A DNA stretch of 32,000 nt, taken from contig JAUWGH010000003.1 in assembly GCA_030606485.1 (NCBI GenBank), forward strand, positions 150,001 through 182,000. The letters are read 5' to 3'. The first letter of the stretch is position 1. Each line of letters starts with the position of its first letter. Positions 1 to 8,320 of the stretch are shown here, one piece after another. Under the pieces are notes generated by a model that made no database searches, had not been told where the DNA came from, and was given only the letters and a program-made list of their open reading frames with translations. This stretch comes from Promethearchaeota archaeon. GTDB lineage: Archaea; Asgardarchaeota; Lokiarchaeia; Sigyniarchaeales; SOKP01. The translations under genes were made by a program, and so were the position numbers.

Positions 1-1
1 G

Positions 2-787
2 AAGGAAGATAATGGTATTTGCACTATTACATTCAACAGACCTGAAAGAAGAAATGCAGTAACTTACTTAACCTTTTATGAAATTGGGCTGGTTCTAGAA
101 GATATGGAAAAAGATAAAAATGCTAAAGTTTTAATAATTACTGGAAATCCAGAAGGGAGAGCCTTTTCATCAGGGGGTTATTTCAAACCATCAATATTGA
201 ATAATATAAGAGATGAAATTAAGCAAGAGATCGATTTAATGGATATCGCTCAAAAAAAAATCTGCATGAAACTATGGAAATTTAATAAGCCGGTTATTGC
301 AGCAATTAATGGATTAGCTATAGGAGGAGGAATAACTATGCCCTTATCAGGTGCAGATCTAATTTTTATGGCTGAAGATGCTTGGCTAGGATTTTATTTT
401 GGAAAGAGAGCCATTATACCAGAATTTGGTTCCTCTTTTATTTTGCCATTTTATGTAGGGTTTCAAAAAGCAAAAGAAATAGTATATTTTGGCGAAAAAA
501 TATATGCTCAAGAAGCTTATGAACTTGGACTTGTAAATAAAGTCTTGCCTAAGGAGGAGCTAATTCCCTACGCTCGAGAGCAAGCTTTACGGCTGATCCC
601 TCCTAAGGGTCCAAGTTTGTCAATAAAATTAATGAAAAAAACTATGCATGCTTATTTCCTTGAGATCTTAGATAAAACTTTAGATTTGGAAAATAGAGGT
701 CTTAGAAAAGCTTTTACTTCATATGATTTTAGAGAATCGATGAACGCACTTAAGGAAAAAAGAGACCCAGTATTTAAAGGGAAATAA
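2..787 (+). CDS. Enoyl-CoA hydratase/isomerase (crotonase superfamily), 5'-truncated by the window edge
   Basis: The frame of ORF 104..787 is open back to base 2 (KEDNGICTITFNRPERRNAV), so the true start lies outside the window. Crotonase motifs: TFNRPERRNA, AFSSGG, KPVIAAINGLAIGGG, A.EAYELGLVNKV and C-terminal FKGK. Confidence 0.93.
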   Translation, partial: KEDNGICTITFNRPERRNAVTYLTFYEIGLVLEDMEKDKNAKVLIITGNPEGRAFSSGGYFKPSILNNIRDEIKQEIDLMDIAQKKICMKLWKFNKPVIAAINGLAIGGGITMPLSGADLIFMAEDAWLGFYFGKRAIIPEFGSSFILPFYVGFQKAKEIVYFGEKIYAQEAYELGLVNKVLPKEELIPYAREQALRLIPPKGPSLSIKLMKKTMHAYFLEILDKTLDLENRGLRKAFTSYDFRESMNALKEKRDPVFKGK

Positions 788-933
788 ATTAATTGAATTG
801 AATATTCAATATTTCTATTTCTAATTATCAAAATCATTTAATATAAATGAAATAATACTCTAATTTTAAAAAAAATATTAAAACGAGAATAAATTAATTA
901 TGACAAAAAATATATTACTGGTAATAAAAAATA

Positions 934-1344
934 ATGACAAAGATTAAAATTTTATCGGAAGAATGGGTTGAAGCTTTTGGTAAAGCAATCAATGCGAATC
1001 CAAATTATAAGCCATCAGCGCTTACTTGGGAAGGGGATATGCTTCTCGCAATTGAACCTAGTGGGAAATTAGATCATGAAGTAAGGATCCTTATTGGCCT
1101 TTACCACGGTGAATGTACAGGAACTAGACTATTAAAAGAAGGAGAAGAGGTTGACACTCCATATATTCTATCTGGTCCTTATACTAATTTTGTGAGAGTT
1201 ATGAATAAAGAATTTGACCCGATTCAAGGAGTTATGTCTGGTAAGTTAAAACTAACTGGTGATATGGCAAAATTGATGAGACATGTTCAAGCAGCTAAAG
1301 AAATTGTGAATAGTCTTCTAACGTTCGAAACAGAATTTTTATAA
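934..1344 (+). CDS. Stand-alone SCP2 (sterol carrier protein 2) lipid-binding domain protein
   Basis: 136 aa with an SCP2-like C-terminal signature (FDPIQGVMSGKLKLTGDMAKLM) and an N-terminus (LSEEWVEAFGKAIN) typical of prokaryotic stand-alone SCP2 proteins. Confidence 0.85.
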   Translation: MTKIKILSEEWVEAFGKAINANPNYKPSALTWEGDMLLAIEPSGKLDHEVRILIGLYHGECTGTRLLKEGEEVDTPYILSGPYTNFVRVMNKEFDPIQGVMSGKLKLTGDMAKLMRHVQAAKEIVNSLLTFETEFL

Positions 1345-1415
1345 AAAGTAATAGAATTTTCATTTATTTTTTTTAAAATTTAATAGAACAATAAGAAACA
1401 TTATAGGGAAAAAAG

Positions 1416-2615
1416 ATGTGGTATTTTTATAGTCCTAATATTATATATGGTGAGGATGCACTAAATTTCTTAGAAAATATTCCGGGAGATAAATGTTTTA
1501 TTGTCACTGATAAAGTAATGGAGGAGTTGGATTATTTAAAAATTTTAACAGATAAACTGGAAAAATACGGAAAACAGTATAATGTATATAATGGAGTACT
1601 CCCTGATCCTCGAGAAACTCACGTAGCAGAAGCAAGAGAAATGTGCAATTCTTATACTCCTGATTTAATTCTTGCTTTAGGAGGAGGTTCGGTTATAGAT
1701 GTTGCAAAAATGATTTGGTGTTTCTATGAATTTCCAGAGCTTTCACTCGATGATATCCATCCATTTAGACCCGACCTTCATAATATGGGCAAAAAAGTAA
1801 AATTAATAGCCATACCAACAACTTCAGGAACTGGAGCAGAAACAACATATGCTGCACTTATATCAAAATTTGAAAATGATATCTGGAAAAAGTTTTTATA
1901 TGCTCATAAAGGACTAGTTCCTACCTACGCTATAGTAGATCCAGTTTTTCCCGTAGGAATGCCTTCAAATTTAACTGCTGATACAGGTTTTGATGCATTA
2001 GCCCATGCGATTGAAGGAATGGTTTCTGTTTGGAGAAATGAGTTCAGTGACGCAATAGGTCTTAAAGCAATTGAACTAGTTTTTAAATATCTACCAATTG
2101 TCATTAAAGAAGGTAAAAATATGGAAGCTAGAGATTATATGCATCAAGCAGCAACTATGGCTGGATTAGCCTTTGGTAATGGGAATCTTCATATAGGGCA
2201 TGGAATGGGTCATAGTTTGGGAGCAATTTTTCATATTCCGCATGGAAGGGCAGTTGGTGTTGTGCTTAGTTATGTTACGCAATTCTGTTTAAATAATCCT
2301 GATGAAAAAGATAAATCTATAGAAATTTATGCAAAATTAGCGAAACAATTAGGATGGTCAAACTGGAATGAAGATGATAAAAAGGCAGCCTTTGCTGTAA
2401 TTGCCAAAATCAAAGAACTCCAGAAAGAGATCGGAATTCCAAATAAGATTCAAGATTTAGGAATTTCTCGCGAAGATTTTGATAAGAATTTAGATATGCT
2501 AATAACTTTATGTTATGAAGATGCAACTATTGGAATGGTTCCAAGAAGCGTAAATCCAGAGATATTTAAAAATTTATTTACATATGCTTATGACGGGAAA
2601 GATATCGATTTTTAA
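1416..2615 (+). CDS. Iron-containing (type III) alcohol dehydrogenase
   Basis: GGGSVID and PTTSGTGAE nucleotide-binding motifs; metal ligands in DALAHAIE, HGMGH and PHG. Confidence 0.93.
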   Translation: MWYFYSPNIIYGEDALNFLENIPGDKCFIVTDKVMEELDYLKILTDKLEKYGKQYNVYNGVLPDPRETHVAEAREMCNSYTPDLILALGGGSVIDVAKMIWCFYEFPELSLDDIHPFRPDLHNMGKKVKLIAIPTTSGTGAETTYAALISKFENDIWKKFLYAHKGLVPTYAIVDPVFPVGMPSNLTADTGFDALAHAIEGMVSVWRNEFSDAIGLKAIELVFKYLPIVIKEGKNMEARDYMHQAATMAGLAFGNGNLHIGHGMGHSLGAIFHIPHGRAVGVVLSYVTQFCLNNPDEKDKSIEIYAKLAKQLGWSNWNEDDKKAAFAVIAKIKELQKEIGIPNKIQDLGISREDFDKNLDMLITLCYEDATIGMVPRSVNPEIFKNLFTYAYDGKDIDF

Positions 2616-2707
2616 ATAATTTTTTTTATTTTTTTCCTTTTTTATCCATAATTGTAAATTCCCATCAAAAAGACAAAAAATAAAAATCAAAACAGAAATA
2701 TCTTTTT

Positions 2708-4261
2708 ATGCAAGAAAAAATTTTTGATGAAAACCGAGATATTTCGACTTATGAAGTTATTGTCGTTGGTGCTGGGCTAGGAGGACTCGGAGCTGCTTGT
2801 CAGCTTGCTCTTTTAGGTAAAGAAGTTTTATTACTCGAAAAACACAACGTACCGGGCGGATTTGCAACTTCTTTTGTTAGGGGGCGATTTGAGTTTGAAG
2901 GAGCTCTGCATGAATTAAGTGATATTGGGGATGAAACTAATAAAGGAGGTCTTTATAGATACTTAGAAAAAATTGGGATACTCCCCGATAAACTTAAATT
3001 CAATTATGTTCCAGAGTTTTATCGGAGTGTATTTTACGATGGATATGATGTTACTATTCCATTTGGTTTTGAGGAATATGCTAATAAACTGATAGAACAA
3101 TTTCCTGCTGAAAAAAAGGGAATAGAAGAATTTATGGAAATGTGCAAGGCAGTGTTAGCTGGGATTCGGTATATTTCGTCTAAAGGCGGTAGATTTTCAC
3201 CTAGTGAAATCCTTAAAGTACATCCGTGGCTTGCACGCGTCTCGGGAATCACGCTTCAAGAACTTTTTGATAAATTTTTCCAAGACCAAAAATTAATGTG
3301 TGTAATAGCTCAACTCTGGGGCTATCTTGGTTTACCACCGAATAGAATAAATGCATATGCATATATTGCAATGTTAATATTTTACTTAAAATGGGGAGCA
3401 GCCTTTCCAGTAGGACGATCTCATGCATTTACAAGTGCAATGATAAAATCTTTTGAAGAATTAGGAGGGAAAGTAAGATTAAATGCCTTAGTGAATCGTA
3501 TCCTTGTGGAAAATGGACGAGTTGCTGGTGTTGAACTTTTAAATGGCGATATTTATCGATGTGAGGCAGTCATATCAAATGTCAATCCAATATGTACGGC
3601 AATGAAAATGTTACCACAAGAAAATGTGCCAGAAAGTTATAAAAAGAGTATTTATGCTCCAGAAATCGGAGTTTCTGCATTTTCAGTCTATATAGGATTA
3701 AATGCATCACATAAAAAATTGGGATTTAATGCTCATGAAACTTTTATTAATACAACTTACGATACATCCCATGCTTTCGAAACTTTCAGAAAAATTGAAG
3801 CTCCAATGTATATGGTTGTAGCGTGTTATAATCACATTGATGAAACTATATCTCCCCCAGGAACAACACAACTTGTTCTCACTACTCTACAAATGGGCAA
3901 ACTTTGGCAAGGAGTTTCTCCTGATCAATACCACAATATTAAAGATGATATTGCAGATAAAATGATTGCAATAGTTGAACAATATCTCTGCCCAGATTTA
4001 CGCAATTATATAGAAGTAGCAGAAGCAGCAACCCCACTTACATATTATAGATACTCAAAAAATATGGAAGGCGCAATATACGGATATACACAAGACGTCA
4101 TGAATGGACCAATGCTTCGATTAAAAAGCCGGGGAGCCATTCCCGGATTATATCAAGTGGGAGCTTGGACAAATTTTGGTGGAGGATACTCAACCACAAT
4201 CCTTGGTGGCCGAATCGCCGCAGGAATGTATTTAAAAGATATAAAGGAGGGGAAGTGGTAA
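2708..4261 (+). CDS. FAD-dependent oxidoreductase, phytoene desaturase/CrtISO/retinol saturase (COG1233-like) family
   Basis: N-terminal VVVGAGLGGL..A Rossmann motif, LEKH..PGG and F.FEGALH; TPLT...Y..N..GAIYG; C-terminal GLYQVGAW..FGGG. Confidence 0.88.
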   Translation: MQEKIFDENRDISTYEVIVVGAGLGGLGAACQLALLGKEVLLLEKHNVPGGFATSFVRGRFEFEGALHELSDIGDETNKGGLYRYLEKIGILPDKLKFNYVPEFYRSVFYDGYDVTIPFGFEEYANKLIEQFPAEKKGIEEFMEMCKAVLAGIRYISSKGGRFSPSEILKVHPWLARVSGITLQELFDKFFQDQKLMCVIAQLWGYLGLPPNRINAYAYIAMLIFYLKWGAAFPVGRSHAFTSAMIKSFEELGGKVRLNALVNRILVENGRVAGVELLNGDIYRCEAVISNVNPICTAMKMLPQENVPESYKKSIYAPEIGVSAFSVYIGLNASHKKLGFNAHETFINTTYDTSHAFETFRKIEAPMYMVVACYNHIDETISPPGTTQLVLTTLQMGKLWQGVSPDQYHNIKDDIADKMIAIVEQYLCPDLRNYIEVAEAATPLTYYRYSKNMEGAIYGYTQDVMNGPMLRLKSRGAIPGLYQVGAWTNFGGGYSTTILGGRIAAGMYLKDIKEGKW

Positions 4262-4265
4262 AATC

Positions 4266-5453
4266 ATGATGGAAGATATTAAAAAATATCAAAAAGCCGA
4301 AAAATTAAAGAAATGGCGAGATCAAGTTGAACCAACACCTTGGTATTACGATGGGTTAGAAAACCTATGCAACCGACTGCATCCCCAGAATCAATTGCTT
4401 AAAGTTACTGATATAGAACAACTCTCAAGAGATACTAAATTGTTTCGATTAGTCTCCGTAAAACCTAAGCAATTATTGGCACCATTCCGTGCCGGTCAAT
4501 ACATCGGTCTTACAGTAGAAATAAATAGTGTCCGAACAAGTCGACCATATTCGCTTGTATCATCCCCGAATCAATTAGCATACTATGAATTAGGCATCAA
4601 GAAAAAAGGAGGGGGATTTGTAAGCCCATACCTCTTTGAAAACATAAAAGTAGGAGACGTTCTTGAAGCCACCGAACCCATGGGAAATCTTTACTATAAT
4701 CGACTTTTCCATGGGGTAAACTTAGTATTCATTGCAGGAGGTTCCGGTTGTACTCCATTCATCTCAATGTTGCGGGATATCTCAGAGCGGGATTTTCTCC
4801 TTAATGTCTGGATGTTATTCGGGTGCTTAACTGAGGAAGATATTTTATTTCGCAATGTATTAGAAGATATCCAAAAACGACGATCAAATATCAAAGTTGT
4901 AAATATTTTATCGGAAGCAGGTTCTGAATGGACCGGAGAATCCGGATTTATCTCGAAAGATAAAATTTTAAAAGTAATTGGCTCCATCGAGAAAAAATTC
5001 TTTTATATTGTCGGGAATCGACCAATGTATCATTTTGTTTTGGATGAATTAAAAGAGTTGGGGGTCCCACAACAACATATCGCACATGAGGCGTTCGGAG
5101 TGCCAGATGACATAACTCAGATTATGGGATGGCCAGTAGAGATTGACACATCTAAAAAAGTTCAAATTACTATTGATTTTAGGCGATATGGAAAGATCGA
5201 ACAAAAAGTAATTGAAGCATCATGTACAGAGCCTATATTAAACAGTCTCGAGCGTGTTGAACTGAAAGAACTCGAGATTAAAAGTGGGTGCCGCTCTGGG
5301 GAATGTGCTCTCTGCAGAACTAAACTTGTATCCGGTAAAATTTTTATACCACCTGAAGTAACAACCAGAGAGGCCGATAAAGACTATAATTTTATTCACC
5401 CATGCATATCTTATCCACTCACCGACATCCACTTAGATTTAAATGAAACCTAA
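4266..5453 (+). CDS. FNR-type FAD/NAD(P)H oxidoreductase with C-terminal plant-type 2Fe-2S ferredoxin domain
   Basis: FRAGQY, RPYSLVS (FAD), GGFVS, AGGSGCTPF (NAD(P)), HEAFG, and CRSGECALC...C (Cx4Cx2C..C). Starts 4 nt after the upstream stop. Confidence 0.9.
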   Translation: MMEDIKKYQKAEKLKKWRDQVEPTPWYYDGLENLCNRLHPQNQLLKVTDIEQLSRDTKLFRLVSVKPKQLLAPFRAGQYIGLTVEINSVRTSRPYSLVSSPNQLAYYELGIKKKGGGFVSPYLFENIKVGDVLEATEPMGNLYYNRLFHGVNLVFIAGGSGCTPFISMLRDISERDFLLNVWMLFGCLTEEDILFRNVLEDIQKRRSNIKVVNILSEAGSEWTGESGFISKDKILKVIGSIEKKFFYIVGNRPMYHFVLDELKELGVPQQHIAHEAFGVPDDITQIMGWPVEIDTSKKVQITIDFRRYGKIEQKVIEASCTEPILNSLERVELKELEIKSGCRSGECALCRTKLVSGKIFIPPEVTTREADKDYNFIHPCISYPLTDIHLDLNET

Positions 5454-5456
5454 AGC

Positions 5457-5480
5457 TTTTCTTTTTTATTTCTTTTTTTA
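5457..5480 (+). terminator. Oligo-T (archaeal-type) terminator candidate
   Basis: T-rich tract containing ATTTC-T7-A immediately after the stop of 4266..5453. Confidence 0.45.
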
Positions 5481-5608
5481 ATCGTTATACAATTTAGATC
5501 AAAATTAAGAAAAGAGAGTTTGAAATTATCAAGTTTTAAATTTAATTTGATCTAATATTATAGTATTATCTTTTTTAATTATTAAAAATAAAAAATGATG
5601 ATTTAAAA

Positions 5609-7306
5609 GTGAGTGTAGAAAAAATATGGTTAAAATCATATGATAAACACGTACCTGAAACCCTAACCTATTCAAATGATGATGTCGGAACCGCTATGAG
5701 TAAAGCGATGAATAGATTACCAGATAGAATTGCATTTTATTTCATGGATTATACGATGACTTATAAAGAACTATTTGAATTATGTCAAATATTTGCCTCG
5801 TTTTTGCAAAAAAATGGTTTAAAAAAGGGTGATGTTGTTTCTGTAAATCTTGCAAATATGCCCCAATACTTAATCGCTGTTTATGGGACTTATCTAGCAG
5901 GTGGTACTGTTGCTGGATGCTCTCCCCTCTTAAGTGCTGATGAGATGGCTTTTCAGTTAAATGATAGTAGTGCTAAATTTTTAGTTACTATGGATATTAT
6001 TTACGCAAAAAGAATGCCCCAAATTCTGGATAATTTACCAAAACTCGAAGTTATCATTCCTACAAATATTTCTGAATATATGGGGTTCTCCAGTTTTAAA
6101 GTATTTATGGGTAAATTGATTAAAAAAATTCCCAAAGGGAAAATGAAACCATGGCCAGGAAAAAAAGTAGTTCCTTTTCAAGAAGTAATGACCACTCCAA
6201 TCGATATAAAAAAAGTTAAAATTGACCCAAAAAAAGACTTAGCGTTAATTCAATATACAGGTGGAACCACTGGAACTCCTAAGGGAACAGAAATTACGCA
6301 TTTTAATTGGATAGCGAATTTACATCAATTTGATGTATGGCTTAAGAGAAAAGTAGGAATTGATGTTGTTCTTTGTGCCTTCCCGTACTTCCATATCGCC
6401 GGATTCTTTGTTGGGTTATTCTTAACGTACATTTCAGCCACATCTATTATTATCGCAAATCCACGTGACACAGATCACATTATCCATGAAATGATCGATA
6501 AAAAAATTACTGTTTTTGGAAATGTGCCTACTTTGTTTTTAATGGTTCAACGTAATCCAAAATCCAAAGAAATCCCAGATGAAATATTAGATAACATTAC
6601 ATTATATGTTTCTGGTGCTGCACCTTTTCCAGCTGAAGCAGTTAGAGATTTTGAAAAAGATTTTCATTCGGAAAATAAGTTCGTAGAAGTTTACGGTATG
6701 ACCGAAACTGCAGTTTTAGCTACGGTAAATCCTGCATTTGGCAAGAAGAAGATTGGAAGTGTTGGGCTTCCATTACCCGATACAGAGATAAAACTTGTGG
6801 ATGTAGAAACCGGAGAACAGGTTGAACTCGGTAAGCCTGGTGAAATATTGATAAAAGGACCACAAGTAGTACGAGGATATCATAATAAACCTGATGCTAC
6901 AGCAGTAACTTTTACTGAGGGATGGATACACACAGGAGATGTAGGTATTTTTGATGAAGAAGGATATTTAAGAATAGTTGACCGCACAAAAGACATGCTG
7001 AGTGTAAGTGGATTTAAGGTTTATAGTGTGCACGTTGAAGATATAATGACTAAACATCCAGACATACAATTAATGGCAATCATTGGACTCCCTGATAAAG
7101 ACAGGCCTGGAAGCGAAATTGTGAAAGCTGTAATTCAATTAAAAGAAGGAATAGAAGCAACCGATAAAGTGAAAGAAAACATAAAGAAATTTGCACAGGA
7201 GAATCTGGCAAAGTATGAAGTACCAAAACAATGGGATTTTCGTGATGAACTCCCATTAACAGCAATTGGTAAAGTGCTGAAAAGAGCACTTCGTGAAGAA
7301 AAGTAA
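5609..7306 (+). CDS. AMP-forming long-chain acyl-CoA ligase (paralog 1), GTG start
   Basis: YTGGTTGTPKG P-loop, YGMTE, HTGD, RIVDRTKD hinge and LP.TAIGK terminal lysine. Confidence 0.93.
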   Translation: MSVEKIWLKSYDKHVPETLTYSNDDVGTAMSKAMNRLPDRIAFYFMDYTMTYKELFELCQIFASFLQKNGLKKGDVVSVNLANMPQYLIAVYGTYLAGGTVAGCSPLLSADEMAFQLNDSSAKFLVTMDIIYAKRMPQILDNLPKLEVIIPTNISEYMGFSSFKVFMGKLIKKIPKGKMKPWPGKKVVPFQEVMTTPIDIKKVKIDPKKDLALIQYTGGTTGTPKGTEITHFNWIANLHQFDVWLKRKVGIDVVLCAFPYFHIAGFFVGLFLTYISATSIIIANPRDTDHIIHEMIDKKITVFGNVPTLFLMVQRNPKSKEIPDEILDNITLYVSGAAPFPAEAVRDFEKDFHSENKFVEVYGMTETAVLATVNPAFGKKKIGSVGLPLPDTEIKLVDVETGEQVELGKPGEILIKGPQVVRGYHNKPDATAVTFTEGWIHTGDVGIFDEEGYLRIVDRTKDMLSVSGFKVYSVHVEDIMTKHPDIQLMAIIGLPDKDRPGSEIVKAVIQLKEGIEATDKVKENIKKFAQENLAKYEVPKQWDFRDELPLTAIGKVLKRALREEK

Positions 7307-7310
7307 TAAT

Positions 7311-7350
7311 ATTTTATTTCTTTAATTTCTTTTTTTTATTTTTTTTAAAT
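7311..7350 (+). terminator. Oligo-T terminator candidate
   Basis: Contains ATTTC-T8-AT (7325..7339) just after the ligase stop; the same 15-mer follows ligase 3. Confidence 0.5.
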
Positions 7351-7477
7351 TCTTTATTTTGTTATTTACAATGCAAATTTTTTTTATTTAGCGCTCTTAT
7401 ACTATAAAAGAGGGATAACTTATATGTTATCATAAAATATTGAAAAATCTAGTAAATATACAATTATTTGAAAAATT

Positions 7478-7834
7478 TTGCTGAATCTTAAAGAAATTTT
7501 GAAAAAAAAAGCTGAAAGAAAAAGAAAATTACTTTCATCTTTGGAGTCTCTAATAGATCAATTAAAAAATCTTGGAGCATTAAAAATCATTCTTTTTGGT
7601 TTCCTTGTAAGAGATGAAATAGATGTAGATAGTGATCTCGATTTATTTATAATCATGCCTTCAAATATGACCGGAAAGAAATGGATGAATTTAATATACA
7701 GTGAAGTTGAAAGGGGAATTTCATCAGATATAATTGTGTTTAATCTTGAAGAATTTAATAAAAATTTACCTTATAGTTCTTTTTTGGATAACATTATTAA
7801 CTCAGGAAGAGTAGTATATGAAAAAACCAATTAA
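7478..7834 (+). CDS. Minimal nucleotidyltransferase (MNT) domain protein, TTG start
   Basis: ILFG(F)..R......SDLDL, matching the MNT GS...DxD signature except Ser->Phe; third Asp in DIIV; C-terminal GRVVYEK. Confidence 0.85.
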   Translation: MLNLKEILKKKAERKRKLLSSLESLIDQLKNLGALKIILFGFLVRDEIDVDSDLDLFIIMPSNMTGKKWMNLIYSEVERGISSDIIVFNLEEFNKNLPYSSFLDNIINSGRVVYEKTN

Positions 7835-8234
7835 AGAAGAAGTATTAATATGGTTTACTCAAGCAAAGGATGAATTTCTCGATTCAGATAATTTAAGAAA
7901 AAGAGAGCGATTTTATCTTGCCCTATTTCATTTCCAACAAGCCGCAGTAAAAGCAGTTAAAGCATTTCTATATTTAAAAGTGAAATCCATAGAAGTTTTT
8001 TATACACATTCCATTAATGATTTATTAAATGTGGCAATTGAAATCGATATAGAATTCAAGGAAATCGAATCCGTGAAGAAGTTAGACCAATACTATATCC
8101 CAACACGATATCCAAACGGACTTCCCGGGGGAATACCTTCTAGATATTTCGATGATTCTAAAGAAGCAAAGGATGCAATGCTACTGGCTAAGAAATTGAT
8201 TGATCTGGTTGAAAAAAAATTGAAACAAGAATAG
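7818..8234 (+). CDS. HEPN domain protein, partner of the MNT
   Basis: W..QA..., FHFQQAA(V)KAVKA, THS...LL and LDQYYIPTRYPN motifs; overlaps the MNT gene by 17 nt. Confidence 0.88.
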   Translation: MKKPIKEEVLIWFTQAKDEFLDSDNLRKRERFYLALFHFQQAAVKAVKAFLYLKVKSIEVFYTHSINDLLNVAIEIDIEFKEIESVKKLDQYYIPTRYPNGLPGGIPSRYFDDSKEAKDAMLLAKKLIDLVEKKLKQE

Positions 8235-8265
8235 AGGGATATTTCGAATGTGTATTAATATTGAT

Positions 8266-8284
8266 AAAAAGGAAAAAAAGAAAT
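8266..8284 (-). terminator. Oligo-T terminator candidate (minus strand)
   Basis: Reads ATTTC-T7-CC-T5 on the minus strand, about 36 nt downstream of the amidohydrolase stop. Confidence 0.4.
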
Positions 8285-8320
8285 GATTAAATTAATAATC
8301 ATTTAATGAATCTTTAAACT

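Noticed and set aside
797-810. Perfect 14-bp palindrome ATTGAATATTCAAT after the crotonase stop
   Set aside because: Only 7 pairs in very AT-rich DNA, with no second copy seen; compatible with chance.
2708-4261. Assignment as crtI of a carotenoid biosynthesis cluster
   Set aside because: No phytoene synthase, GGPP synthase or cyclase in the window; the family contains many non-carotenoid enzymes, so no gene symbol was given.
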